A stretch of 63,092 nt of DNA, the filler included, from Stramenopiles sp. TOSAG23-6 (Eukaryota): NCBI GenBank assembly GCA_900128565.1. It is 10 parts of 10 records of this genome, joined end to end, with 100 filler letters (N's around TTAATTAATTAA, not from the genome) between each part and the next. Parts side by side here need not be neighbours in the genome. Positions count along the whole stretch, not along the records: positions 44,291 to 50,492 come from LT636753.1; positions 50,593 to 56,794 come from LT636754.1; positions 56,895 to 63,092 come from LT636755.1; 7 more parts are not named here. One strand, 5' to 3'. Both the position numbers and the translations under genes were made by a program. Of this stretch, positions 47,006-59,107 are shown piece by piece (position 1 is the first letter of the stretch; each line of letters starts with the position of its first letter). The notes beneath the pieces were generated by a model, which was not told the origin of the DNA, ran no database searches, and worked only from the letters and a program-made list of their open reading frames with translations.

Positions 47006-48857
47006 ATGATTGACCAATTTTCTGTGTTCTCTAAATCTGGAGTTGTCCTTTGGTGTAGTGAAGAGTATGAGGCTCCAGGGTCTCCTGTAAACAAATTAGT
47101 ACAACAGGTCCTTTTAGAGGGTCGTTCTTCAGAGTCTCAATTTGATCAAGGAAGTTACAGTATAAAGTGGCGCTTCATGAATGATATGGATCTTGTTTTT
47201 GTTTGTGTTTACCAAAAAATATTAAAGTTATTGTATGTTGAGGAACTTCTTGATAAGGTGAAGAATGCATTTTTATCTCATTTTGAAAACGAAGAGAATC
47301 TATCGGACCGTCACTTACCTGTAGATTTTGATGTTATGTATAAAGACATTCTCGAGGAAGTTGAGTTGGGCCAGCTTCGGCGGAAGCCACGTGAAATGCG
47401 TGGATTTGTTGCAAAAGAAAAAGGGCAACGAAATGGGGTAAATGGTAGTCAGAAGACAATGACAAAAGCCGAAAAAAAACGGTTGAAAAATGGCGGGGAC
47501 GAAAACTCGAAACCATTCACGTCGCGAGTAAAACGTGTCATGCGAGGTTTTGTGAAGAAAAACAAAACAAAGAAGAATAATAAAGATAATGATGACAATC
47601 AGAAGAAAATTCCAAACAGGTCATGGAATGATGCTTCGTCATTAAATAGGCCAATATCAAAAAAAGATATTGCTAAATGGAATAAAAACGAATCTGAACA
47701 AGGAATAGCAGCCGGGGATTGCGAGGAAAAAATGATATTAGGCGAGTCCCAGATGGAAATTTTAACTGATGATGATTCTAGTGATGAAGACGTAAATGAT
47801 AAAAACGAAACAAGTAAATCTAGTTGGAGCTTTGGAGGTGCGATGGATTTTCTCAAAGGTTTATCTGGAAACAAACCTTTGAAACGATCTGACATTGATG
47901 AGGCTTTAACCACAATGGAACATCAACTAATAGAAAATAATGTTTCAAGAAATATAGCATCAGATTTGTGTGAAAGTGTTGCTGCAACACTGATTGGTAA
48001 TAAAGTTGGTACTTGGATGAATTTGCAGAAACTTGTAAAAGATTCTTTGAAAGATGCTATGACTCGTGTTCTCACCCCAAAAAAATCAATTGATGTTTTA
48101 CGTTCTGCCTTCCAAGCGAAAGCAGAAGGCCGTCCTTATTCTATTGTATTTATTGGAGTCAATGGCGTTGGAAAGTCCACATCGCTATCAAAAGTATGTT
48201 ATTATCTATTACAAAAAAAGCTTTCGGTATCTATTGCTGCATGCGATACCTTTCGTTCAGGTGCGGTCGAGCAGTTGAAAGTACACGGACGACGCCTTGG
48301 TGTTAATATATTTGAAAAAGGATATGCAAAAGATCCTGCCCAGGTAGCAACAGCAGCTATTAAAGAGGCAAAGAAGGAAGGTACTGACGTAGTCTTGATA
48401 GATACAGCCGGGCGTATGCAAAACAATACAAAGTTGATGAAAGCCTTGGCTAAGTTAGTCACTGATACGAAACCTGATTTAGTTTTATTTGTTGGAGAGG
48501 CTCTTGTTGGAAATGATGGTGTTGATCAGTTAAAATTTTTTAATCAAGCATTGGCGGATAATTCATCAGCAAGTACACCTAGGTTGATTGATGGTATCGT
48601 GTTGACAAAATTTGATACTATTGATGATAAAGTTGGAGCTGCTTTGTCAATGGTTTATGTACGTTTTCCTCATTCAGTTCAAATTTGTTTTTTCTGTACC
48701 AAATTTTGTACCTAACAATTTTTTTTCAACCAAAAAATAAATATTTTTCACGATATATGAAACAGGACAGCCAATACTTTTTGTTGGAACTGGTCAAAAG
48801 TATACTCATCTTCGACGGCTTAACGTACAAACTGTGGTAAAGGCGCTTTTTAAGTAA
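47006..48857 (+). CDS. SRPRA: Signal recognition particle receptor alpha subunit; exons 47006-48658, 48759-48857
   Basis: N-terminal longin (SRX) domain, [18 protein letters not shown]; splicing restores [27 protein letters not shown]. Confidence 0.95.
48659..48758 (+). other. GT-AT intron, 100 nt, phase 0 (copy at 54961-55060)
   Basis: TAT|GTACGTTTT..TACCTAAC..AAATATTTTTCACGATATAT|GAA. Confidence 0.9.
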
Positions 48858-49223
48858 GTAAGTAAGTAATAAAAAATATAAAAATGATGATATTTTTATT
48901 CATAATAGTATATACATTATTTTGATTGTCACTTGTGCTTTTTCTAACCAATTTGATCATTTTTTTTTGAGGCGAATGTTTAATATGAGTACCATTGAAA
49001 ACGTTTATATTGCAATTGCCACATGCCATAGTATATATTAATTTGGAAGATGATAAGTTGTATATAAATTCAAGGTAGGATTAAGGTATATTTACTCGTA
49101 ATCAAGTTTTTTTTTTCATCCTTTCCAAAACATCAGATACCTCAACTTCCAACATGAGACATTCATAATTTCTAAACTCGAAGAGGACAGACGACTTGTT
49201 TGTCCCTTTTACTTTTGGTTCAA

Positions 49224-49922
49224 CTAATCGTTCTGTGGAACATATGTGGCCACGTCCACCCAACCCCCTTCCTCTTTTATACGTTGGATCAATTCTCCCT
49301 TTTGTCCTTTTGTTGACAGACCAAGAGCCTTCAGTTTCTGCTTTAGCTCTGGCACAGACCATTCTTTTTTCATGACTTGAACATTTTTTTCCATCATACG
49401 TTCATGTGAAAATGAATGGATATCTGACTCACAAGGCCATTTATTTTCCTTATTCTTACCCCGAGGTTTTTTCCCGAATACCACATCAATACAAGGTGAA
49501 ACTCGAACAATGTGTGCTATGAAGTTCCCGTAGTGTTTGCCTCGAAATGTTTTACATACTATTTTTCGCCCTGGCGGAAACTGTCTTTCAAACTCAGCGA
49601 GCACTCCTCCAGGAAGTTTAGCTGCGTTTTTCAAAACGCAATTTTTCTTTTTCATGTCTTCGAGTTGTGTTTTTACTTGGTGGAGCTCGAGTTTGAGTAA
49701 TGTAGCATCATTTGCAGACATATGGAGCTGTGCTTCGAGTTCCTCAATCTTTCCTGCTTGCGAAGTATTAATGGCTCGAAGTTCAGCAATGCCAGGATTT
49801 ACTGAATCGATATTAGACGGCTTTAAACGTTTCGCCATTTTCTGTATTGGCCTAGTTAGTACAGGATGCGAACGACGATTGTACTGATACTGACTGGTGG
49901 AGAGCAACTTCTTCAACTTCAC
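49224..49922 (-). CDS. SAP-domain protein with coiled coil (first ATG at 49838)
   Basis: WSVPELKQKLKALGLSTKGQKGELIQRI. Confidence 0.72.
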   Translation of the reverse strand: MKLKKLLSTSQYQYNRRSHPVLTRPIQKMAKRLKPSNIDSVNPGIAELRAINTSQAGKIEELEAQLHMSANDATLLKLELHQVKTQLEDMKKKNCVLKNAAKLPGGVLAEFERQFPPGRKIVCKTFRGKHYGNFIAHIVRVSPCIDVVFGKKPRGKNKENKWPCESDIHSFSHERMMEKNVQVMKKEWSVPELKQKLKALGLSTKGQKGELIQRIKEEGGWVDVATYVPQND

Positions 49923-50174
49923 GAATCACAATAAATCACGGAATCCATGGACCATCATGATGATGTCAAAAAATATTTAACGGATGGCAACGGTCCTAAA
50001 ATTTTGATGGCTTATAAGTCGAGAAAATATTTTGATCACTCCGTCAGCAAAGACTCATACTCTTAAATCTTGGTATAAACTATACGTATTTGTTTTGAAG
50101 TCGTCATCGTCGTCGTATTATATACATTATAGCGGAGCTTGGAACAAAGTTGATTTTACGAATTCACGTGGATA

Positions 50175-50492
50175 ATGTGTGATGTCACCGCTTCACGATC
50201 ACTCGGCGAAGTAGATACAGCAGTCATGAGTAATGACCAAGAACAAAGTGACTTTTTTTCCTCAGGCTTCACTGTAAATATTCCAATCAGCGAAACTGTG
50301 CTAAACGAAGGTATACGGCATACCTTGTTTACTATAATAGTTGCATGGGATCCAACATGCACTTCGTCAAAAATAATTTCAAAGCAAAGTATGGAAAAAA
50401 GAACAGTTCTAAATGATAATAGAAGTACAGATAAGATCGAGGACGTAAATAGCCGAAGGGTTAGGTTACACAGACGAGCTCGTACATCTCAA
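50175..50492 (+). CDS. Hypothetical protein, 3' truncated (copy at 56477-56794)
   Basis: ORF from ATG running into the contig end. Confidence 0.4.
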
Positions 50493-50592
50493 NNNNNNNN
50501 NNNNNNNNNNNNNNNNNNNNNNNNNNNNNNNNNNNNTTAATTAATTAANNNNNNNNNNNNNNNNNNNNNNNNNNNNNNNNNNNNNNNNNNNN

Positions 50593-51561
50593 GTTTTAGA
50601 AATGAGAGACGCTCGTATTCCGTTCACTTCAAGTAATCCTCTACTTGATGAGATAATTGGTTCAAAACCAAGGATGATTGTTTTTAACAAAAGTGATTTA
50701 ATAAATGAAGGTGGAAAAAAACGAATTCGGATACATTTTGAAAATAAAGAAACTCATGTCATTTTTTCAAGTGCAAAGTCTCGGGATAATTTGCAGGTCA
50801 TAACAGAAGCTGTTTCATCTCGAGTCGATAGTCGTTTTAAAACAGTTGGAAAATGCGTACTAATTGTTGGAATACCAAATGTAGGTAAATCGTCTCTAAT
50901 TAATGCTATTCGCACTAGAGCTGAACAGCGTGGTAACCGGGATATATCAGGAAGAAACCAATTCAAGAAAAAAAGGGGGGAAGTAGCTAGAACCGGAGGA
51001 AAGCCGGGAGTGACAAGGCATCAAACAACTATTCAATTAAGTCAAAGACCGCCTATATATGCAATAGATAGCCCAGGTGTAATGCTTCCTCGTGTACCTA
51101 AACATTCAGCTGGCAATATTAAGCAATTGGATGGTCTTAGTGAGGATTTGGGTGAAGCAGGGATGAAATTGTGTATTACTGGTGCAGTAGCTGACAAGAT
51201 ACTTGGGGAAGAAATAATGCTGGAGTATTTATTGTACAAACTAAATGCTCTAAATTGCACAGAATATGCAAGAACTCTTGGGCTTCCTGGAAATCGCCCT
51301 GTAAAGACTATTGATGAATTATATAGTCACATGTTACCAAATCTTTACCGTACTAGCCGCCACCGTGGTGTCTTACTAGCAACTTGTAGTGGTTCAAAGA
51401 CAGGGTCAGCCAACCTCAATGTTGAAGGTCGTAGGGTTGTGAATGCTGACCAATTTGAGGGTGGTGAAGAAGATGCGAAAATGACTATCGCTCGTCGTAT
51501 TTTGAAGTTATATCGCGGGGGCAAACTTGGTCGAGTTGTACTAGATAAAATTCCTGAATAA
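50593..51561 (+). CDS. MTG1: MTG1/RbgA GTPase, redundant copy
   Basis: Identical to 44291-45259. Confidence 0.82.
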   Translation, partial: VLEMRDARIPFTSSNPLLDEIIGSKPRMIVFNKSDLINEGGKKRIRIHFENKETHVIFSSAKSRDNLQVITEAVSSRVDSRFKTVGKCVLIVGIPNVGKSSLINAIRTRAEQRGNRDISGRNQFKKKRGEVARTGGKPGVTRHQTTIQLSQRPPIYAIDSPGVMLPRVPKHSAGNIKQLDGLSEDLGEAGMKLCITGAVADKILGEEIMLEYLLYKLNALNCTEYARTLGLPGNRPVKTIDELYSHMLPNLYRTSRHRGVLLATCSGSKTGSANLNVEGRRVVNADQFEGGEEDAKMTIARRILKLYRGGKLGRVVLDKIPE

Positions 51562-51624
51562 ATATTAGAAAAATAAATGAAAAGTGTAGTTTATTTTATT
51601 CTAGATATGCCCGAGTTAATCGGG

Positions 51625-53019
51625 TCAGGTTCTAATATCAAATTTATCATCGATCTTCTCATTTCCACTGTGTTCAAGTGTAGGGGGTGGAGGTGGCGTT
51701 TCTTCTAAAGACAACGACATTGTCTGATCTATTATCTTATTTCCGTCATTTTTTTCAATTTGCGCTGGATATAGACTTGGACTATTCGTATCTAGTAGGA
51801 TAGTAGATACTGGGGATAGCGTTGTTCGAAAAGAATCAATTTTAGATTCCTTATTCTTCACACTAACTACAGGGTTTACTTTATTAATGTTTTTCTTCAT
51901 ATTATCATAGTCTGTCTCTCCAGGTTTCAATACATTATTTAGCATATCGTCTGATTTTCTTTCTTCGCTTCTTCTGATTTCTAAACGATGCTTTTGGTGA
52001 TTCAACTCGTGTTCCAAAACAGCTATTGAAAACGACTCTATGAATTTTGACGTGAACGCTTCTGGCATTTCAAATGTTTTCGTATTTTTGAGATACATTG
52101 TGTATCGACTGACAAACCAAGCTATGATTTTAGTGTCACTTGGTGATGCTCTCAGAGACAAATGTGCAAGAGCCAAAGTTTTTAAATTGTCAAATGTTGT
52201 GTTTCCTTCGACTAATGTTGCGTCTTCTGCGTGTATATGCGTTTTTGCATCTAATAATGTGTCGATCGCATTTGCATGCGTTTCGTGCGCTATATCCTGC
52301 ACTTTACGTTTTAGATTTATGATACTTAATGCTTCGGCTTCAAATTTATTCATTTTCTCAATAACATAACTTCTTGTCTTGTTCTTCATTATTTCACGCC
52401 AAGCTTCGGTTTCAGACTTGTGCAAGTCTTGAGGCGATCTATATATATTATCGGTAGAAGGGATTTCCCAAGTAGTTTTATCTGTTAATGTGTCATGATA
52501 ATATTGTTCGCCATCACTTGTAAACACTTGAGTCCATTGACCTGCTTCAAAGTCTTGTTTTGAATTCTCTACATTTCTTGGTGATATTGTGTATGTCTCG
52601 CTGTTATTCATTTTCGATAGATCATCTTCTGATAAATAATCATGAATTGGTATTTCATTTTTTTTCATATATGACGCAAACGGCGATTGGCCACATAAGT
52701 CTTCAAAGTTGTTACCTGATTGTCCAAGCCAAATTTCGGCTGTGTTCTTATTACCGAATTTATATATCTTATATAGTTCAGAATTCAACCAGTTGAGGAA
52801 TTCTTCTTCATATAGTTTCCCACCAATCTTAATGGCTAATAATTTCTCTTTTAAACTAGCCTGGAGATACTCCTGTGCCCACATTTCTAAAGGGAAACCA
52901 TTTGGGTTGAAGTTTTGGAATATATGGTTTTGCGTTTCAAAGTTTTTAATGCCAATCCAGCCTTTACCCTCAAAGTCAAGGATACTAAAAAGGGTTTTTG
53001 TCATTATTGTATAATCCAA
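51625..53019 (-). CDS. WW-domain protein, redundant copy
   Basis: Identical to 45323-46717. Confidence 0.58.
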   Translation of the reverse strand: MDYTIMTKTLFSILDFEGKGWIGIKNFETQNHIFQNFNPNGFPLEMWAQEYLQASLKEKLLAIKIGGKLYEEEFLNWLNSELYKIYKFGNKNTAEIWLGQSGNNFEDLCGQSPFASYMKKNEIPIHDYLSEDDLSKMNNSETYTISPRNVENSKQDFEAGQWTQVFTSDGEQYYHDTLTDKTTWEIPSTDNIYRSPQDLHKSETEAWREIMKNKTRSYVIEKMNKFEAEALSIINLKRKVQDIAHETHANAIDTLLDAKTHIHAEDATLVEGNTTFDNLKTLALAHLSLRASPSDTKIIAWFVSRYTMYLKNTKTFEMPEAFTSKFIESFSIAVLEHELNHQKHRLEIRRSEERKSDDMLNNVLKPGETDYDNMKKNINKVNPVVSVKNKESKIDSFRTTLSPVSTILLDTNSPSLYPAQIEKNDGNKIIDQTMSLSLEETPPPPPTLEHSGNEKIDDKFDIRT

Positions 53020-53307
53020 ACTGGCGGCTGATATTTTCTAGATTAAATGAATTTTTATATTATAATAAGTATATAATAGGTATAATACCTCTACTAGCTA
53101 GAGGTACTGCTAATAGAGCCCTCTTATTAACGTGGGTTAACACCTCGACCGTTTTTTTAACAGGAGTTTGATTTCGGATTTCCGATTTTTCGTGTTTTTT
53201 CGTTTTGGACCGAATATGAAAACGAAAGCTTCGTTCGTTCTTCAGTCCACGCTTAATATTGTTCACTTCCAAAGTATTTATTGTCGTGATCACGACAACG
53301 GAACGAA

Positions 53308-55159
53308 ATGATTGACCAATTTTCTGTGTTCTCTAAATCTGGAGTTGTCCTTTGGTGTAGTGAAGAGTATGAGGCTCCAGGGTCTCCTGTAAACAAATTA
53401 GTACAACAGGTCCTTTTAGAGGGTCGTTCTTCAGAGTCTCAATTTGATCAAGGAAGTTACAGTATAAAGTGGCGCTTCATGAATGATATGGATCTTGTTT
53501 TTGTTTGTGTTTACCAAAAAATATTAAAGTTATTGTATGTTGAGGAACTTCTTGATAAGGTGAAGAATGCATTTTTATCTCATTTTGAAAACGAAGAGAA
53601 TCTATCGGACCGTCACTTACCTGTAGATTTTGATGTTATGTATAAAGACATTCTCGAGGAAGTTGAGTTGGGCCAGCTTCGGCGGAAGCCACGTGAAATG
53701 CGTGGATTTGTTGCAAAAGAAAAAGGGCAACGAAATGGGGTAAATGGTAGTCAGAAGACAATGACAAAAGCCGAAAAAAAACGGTTGAAAAATGGCGGGG
53801 ACGAAAACTCGAAACCATTCACGTCGCGAGTAAAACGTGTCATGCGAGGTTTTGTGAAGAAAAACAAAACAAAGAAGAATAATAAAGATAATGATGACAA
53901 TCAGAAGAAAATTCCAAACAGGTCATGGAATGATGCTTCGTCATTAAATAGGCCAATATCAAAAAAAGATATTGCTAAATGGAATAAAAACGAATCTGAA
54001 CAAGGAATAGCAGCCGGGGATTGCGAGGAAAAAATGATATTAGGCGAGTCCCAGATGGAAATTTTAACTGATGATGATTCTAGTGATGAAGACGTAAATG
54101 ATAAAAACGAAACAAGTAAATCTAGTTGGAGCTTTGGAGGTGCGATGGATTTTCTCAAAGGTTTATCTGGAAACAAACCTTTGAAACGATCTGACATTGA
54201 TGAGGCTTTAACCACAATGGAACATCAACTAATAGAAAATAATGTTTCAAGAAATATAGCATCAGATTTGTGTGAAAGTGTTGCTGCAACACTGATTGGT
54301 AATAAAGTTGGTACTTGGATGAATTTGCAGAAACTTGTAAAAGATTCTTTGAAAGATGCTATGACTCGTGTTCTCACCCCAAAAAAATCAATTGATGTTT
54401 TACGTTCTGCCTTCCAAGCGAAAGCAGAAGGCCGTCCTTATTCTATTGTATTTATTGGAGTCAATGGCGTTGGAAAGTCCACATCGCTATCAAAAGTATG
54501 TTATTATCTATTACAAAAAAAGCTTTCGGTATCTATTGCTGCATGCGATACCTTTCGTTCAGGTGCGGTCGAGCAGTTGAAAGTACACGGACGACGCCTT
54601 GGTGTTAATATATTTGAAAAAGGATATGCAAAAGATCCTGCCCAGGTAGCAACAGCAGCTATTAAAGAGGCAAAGAAGGAAGGTACTGACGTAGTCTTGA
54701 TAGATACAGCCGGGCGTATGCAAAACAATACAAAGTTGATGAAAGCCTTGGCTAAGTTAGTCACTGATACGAAACCTGATTTAGTTTTATTTGTTGGAGA
54801 GGCTCTTGTTGGAAATGATGGTGTTGATCAGTTAAAATTTTTTAATCAAGCATTGGCGGATAATTCATCAGCAAGTACACCTAGGTTGATTGATGGTATC
54901 GTGTTGACAAAATTTGATACTATTGATGATAAAGTTGGAGCTGCTTTGTCAATGGTTTATGTACGTTTTCCTCATTCAGTTCAAATTTGTTTTTTCTGTA
55001 CCAAATTTTGTACCTAACAATTTTTTTTCAACCAAAAAATAAATATTTTTCACGATATATGAAACAGGACAGCCAATACTTTTTGTTGGAACTGGTCAAA
55101 AGTATACTCATCTTCGACGGCTTAACGTACAAACTGTGGTAAAGGCGCTTTTTAAGTAA
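53308..55159 (+). CDS. SRPRA: SRP receptor alpha, redundant copy; exons 53308-54960, 55061-55159
   Basis: Identical to 47006-48857. Confidence 0.92.
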
Positions 55160-55525
55160 GTAAGTAAGTAATAAAAAATATAAAAATGATGATATTTTTA
55201 TTCATAATAGTATATACATTATTTTGATTGTCACTTGTGCTTTTTCTAACCAATTTGATCATTTTTTTTTGAGGCGAATGTTTAATATGAGTACCATTGA
55301 AAACGTTTATATTGCAATTGCCACATGCCATAGTATATATTAATTTGGAAGATGATAAGTTGTATATAAATTCAAGGTAGGATTAAGGTATATTTACTCG
55401 TAATCAAGTTTTTTTTTTCATCCTTTCCAAAACATCAGATACCTCAACTTCCAACATGAGACATTCATAATTTCTAAACTCGAAGAGGACAGACGACTTG
55501 TTTGTCCCTTTTACTTTTGGTTCAA

Positions 55526-56224
55526 CTAATCGTTCTGTGGAACATATGTGGCCACGTCCACCCAACCCCCTTCCTCTTTTATACGTTGGATCAATTCTCC
55601 CTTTTGTCCTTTTGTTGACAGACCAAGAGCCTTCAGTTTCTGCTTTAGCTCTGGCACAGACCATTCTTTTTTCATGACTTGAACATTTTTTTCCATCATA
55701 CGTTCATGTGAAAATGAATGGATATCTGACTCACAAGGCCATTTATTTTCCTTATTCTTACCCCGAGGTTTTTTCCCGAATACCACATCAATACAAGGTG
55801 AAACTCGAACAATGTGTGCTATGAAGTTCCCGTAGTGTTTGCCTCGAAATGTTTTACATACTATTTTTCGCCCTGGCGGAAACTGTCTTTCAAACTCAGC
55901 GAGCACTCCTCCAGGAAGTTTAGCTGCGTTTTTCAAAACGCAATTTTTCTTTTTCATGTCTTCGAGTTGTGTTTTTACTTGGTGGAGCTCGAGTTTGAGT
56001 AATGTAGCATCATTTGCAGACATATGGAGCTGTGCTTCGAGTTCCTCAATCTTTCCTGCTTGCGAAGTATTAATGGCTCGAAGTTCAGCAATGCCAGGAT
56101 TTACTGAATCGATATTAGACGGCTTTAAACGTTTCGCCATTTTCTGTATTGGCCTAGTTAGTACAGGATGCGAACGACGATTGTACTGATACTGACTGGT
56201 GGAGAGCAACTTCTTCAACTTCAC
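55526..56224 (-). CDS. SAP-domain protein, redundant copy
   Basis: Identical to 49224-49922. Confidence 0.7.
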   Translation of the reverse strand: MKLKKLLSTSQYQYNRRSHPVLTRPIQKMAKRLKPSNIDSVNPGIAELRAINTSQAGKIEELEAQLHMSANDATLLKLELHQVKTQLEDMKKKNCVLKNAAKLPGGVLAEFERQFPPGRKIVCKTFRGKHYGNFIAHIVRVSPCIDVVFGKKPRGKNKENKWPCESDIHSFSHERMMEKNVQVMKKEWSVPELKQKLKALGLSTKGQKGELIQRIKEEGGWVDVATYVPQND

Positions 56225-57098
56225 GAATCACAATAAATCACGGAATCCATGGACCATCATGATGATGTCAAAAAATATTTAACGGATGGCAACGGTCCTA
56301 AAATTTTGATGGCTTATAAGTCGAGAAAATATTTTGATCACTCCGTCAGCAAAGACTCATACTCTTAAATCTTGGTATAAACTATACGTATTTGTTTTGA
56401 AGTCGTCATCGTCGTCGTATTATATACATTATAGCGGAGCTTGGAACAAAGTTGATTTTACGAATTCACGTGGATAATGTGTGATGTCACCGCTTCACGA
56501 TCACTCGGCGAAGTAGATACAGCAGTCATGAGTAATGACCAAGAACAAAGTGACTTTTTTTCCTCAGGCTTCACTGTAAATATTCCAATCAGCGAAACTG
56601 TGCTAAACGAAGGTATACGGCATACCTTGTTTACTATAATAGTTGCATGGGATCCAACATGCACTTCGTCAAAAATAATTTCAAAGCAAAGTATGGAAAA
56701 AAGAACAGTTCTAAATGATAATAGAAGTACAGATAAGATCGAGGACGTAAATAGCCGAAGGGTTAGGTTACACAGACGAGCTCGTACATCTCAANNNNNN
56801 NNNNNNNNNNNNNNNNNNNNNNNNNNNNNNNNNNNNNNTTAATTAATTAANNNNNNNNNNNNNNNNNNNNNNNNNNNNNNNNNNNNNNNNNNNNTATTTG
56901 CACAAATGGTGAATCATACAGGTCCATTAAAATCATCACATTTGAAAGACATTGCAAAACAAAACTATTTTAATACGAATAAATTAAAAAAAAATAAATT
57001 TGAAAAATAAGTTTTATTTTTAATGCAGTTAAAAATATATTGATTATATTTTTTGAAAATAAAAATGTTACGTAAAAAACTGGACGCAAAAACAGAAT

Positions 57099-58871
57099 TT
57101 AAAAGTACTTATCAAGCATTTCTTTTGCATTACTATCACCTAAATTAGCAGATTTAGTATACCACTTTTTAGCTTCATTTTTGTCTTGATCAACACCATG
57201 ACCATAATAATAACAAATACCTAGCCAGAATTGTCCAAGACTATTACCTAAATTAGCAGATTTAGTATACCACTTGATAGCTTCTTTGTCGTCTTGAGCA
57301 ACACCAAAACCATTAGAATAGCACCAACCAAGTTTATGTTGTCCCATACTATTACCTAAATTTGCAGATTTAGTATACCACTTGAAAGCTTCTTTTTTGT
57401 CTTGATCAACACCATAACCAAGATAATAGCATTCACCAATATATATTTGAGCATAACTATAGTCACTATTCTCCATAAACAACTTAAATGCTTTTTTTAA
57501 ATCATATTTATAACCATTCCAACCATAATATGTACAATAGGCAATAGCTGTTGGAAAACCAGCAATAGCTGCAGATTCAATCATTCGTTGTCCGTTCTCA
57601 TTATCTTTAGTCTGAAAATCTATGCCATGATATTTTGCATAACCAAGTTCAAATAAATTCTGTGCACCTATATTTTCTATTTTTTGACGTTTCACCATAC
57701 TATTAGATAATGATGACCTCAATTTTCGTTTTTTTCCACTACTACCACTACTACTACTACCATTCAATACTGCAGGTGGTACATTTTCATCAACGATATC
57801 ATGCATTGGATTTAATGGTTCTAAAGCAACTGATAGTTTTGTCTCCTCATCTTCAAATGATTTGGTTAGTTTCTTAAAGTCATCCAAACGATCCTTCTTT
57901 CTATCTAATAAAAATTTAGCAGATAGATAAAAAAATTCTGCAATTACAGATGTTTTTATCTCACGTTTCTCTCCGTCAAGGTGTTTTTTTAATAATGGTA
58001 ATATAAAATTATCGGTTTCATTCTCACCCTCAAAATGGGTGGTAATGGCTTCAACAAAGTAATCAAGTGCTTCCAACATTTCTTCAGGTTTCTCTGAAAC
58101 AGATGTCACTGCTTTTAAAAAATTCAATAAGTTATTACATACACATTCAAAATTGGTATTGGTTTCATAATTTTTGTTGACCATTTCAAATAATACTAGA
58201 GGTAAAGCACTCAAAACATCTGACTGTTTGATTTGTTGTTGAGATTTCTCCATTATAGCTTGCCACGTCTTCACTTCATTCTCAACTTCTTCAATTTCTT
58301 CCTGTACATGAGAAATTGACAATTTGTTGACTTCCTTTATTTGTTTAATTTTAGAAACATCCTGAATTCCTTCAGAATGTTTCATTTTACAAACTTGTTC
58401 TAATTCAAGAAATGCATGTTTGATCATAGATGTACAGTTTTCTGTATGGAATAAGAACTTTTTTAAGTTTTCAAGACGTGACAAACGAAGGAGACAAACA
58501 TTTGATTTTGTGACTAATTCAATCATTTGTTGAATGACTTTACTATTCTCTTTAGATGTGTTTCCAAACGCAAATTGTTTGCATAAGAAATCTATATCAT
58601 TTTTATTTTTCATCTGTTGTTCCTTCCATTCAATACAGAGTGTTTTCAGAAGAATGTTTGGTACAAGACTTTCGTCATCCAACTCAGCATTAGTTATAGG
58701 TGATGTATTATTTGTACGCAAATGTTGCTCTATTGCAGCTCGATCATACGTATGACCATCAGCAGTGACCACTGGATCTGCATATAAATCTAGTGTAAGT
58801 GGACAACGTAAATTATGCGGTACATCCTGTTGCATTGGGATGGGATGGGAGGGGGGGATATTTATATCCAC
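57099..58871 (-). CDS. U-box E3 ligase domain + coiled coil + Sel1-like repeats (first ATG at 58835)
   Basis: CPLTLDLYADPVVTADGHTYDRAAIEQHL..SPITN..LVPN; Sel1 repeats (LGWCYSNGFGVAQDDKEAIKWYTKSANLGN). Confidence 0.88.
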   Translation of the reverse strand: MDINIPPSHPIPMQQDVPHNLRCPLTLDLYADPVVTADGHTYDRAAIEQHLRTNNTSPITNAELDDESLVPNILLKTLCIEWKEQQMKNKNDIDFLCKQFAFGNTSKENSKVIQQMIELVTKSNVCLLRLSRLENLKKFLFHTENCTSMIKHAFLELEQVCKMKHSEGIQDVSKIKQIKEVNKLSISHVQEEIEEVENEVKTWQAIMEKSQQQIKQSDVLSALPLVLFEMVNKNYETNTNFECVCNNLLNFLKAVTSVSEKPEEMLEALDYFVEAITTHFEGENETDNFILPLLKKHLDGEKREIKTSVIAEFFYLSAKFLLDRKKDRLDDFKKLTKSFEDEETKLSVALEPLNPMHDIVDENVPPAVLNGSSSSGSSGKKRKLRSSLSNSMVKRQKIENIGAQNLFELGYAKYHGIDFQTKDNENGQRMIESAAIAGFPTAIAYCTYYGWNGYKYDLKKAFKLFMENSDYSYAQIYIGECYYLGYGVDQDKKEAFKWYTKSANLGNSMGQHKLGWCYSNGFGVAQDDKEAIKWYTKSANLGNSLGQFWLGICYYYGHGVDQDKNEAKKWYTKSANLGDSNAKEMLDKYF

Positions 58872-59107
58872 TTTTTTTTACTCAAGAGTTTGACTGCGTC
58901 ACTCAAAAAAAAGAGAGACATCAACATCAACACATTCAATTCGAATATAAGCTAGGGTTAGGGCTAGTGAGAAAGAGAGAACAAACATAACAAAGCAGGT
59001 TTGTTACGTACATGAAATCAAAAAAGTGCTGACTAGTATGGCCAAAGTTGCCTTTGTCTTTTTTCTTGCGCCTCGAGGTACATACTATTATCGCCCCAGA
59101 AAAAAAT

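Larger units (their letters stand above)
50593..56794. repeat. Redundant copy of contig 44291-50492
   Basis: All ORFs repeat at +6302. Confidence 0.93.

Noticed and set aside
48659-48758. DNA-level excised elements (ciliate IES-like), frameshifted pseudogenes, or a variant genetic code
   Set aside because: Elements are sense-oriented with donor and branch signals; hosts are essential genes that are otherwise intact; TAA, TAG and TGA all appear as normal stops. DNA excision is unlikely but not formally excluded without reads.
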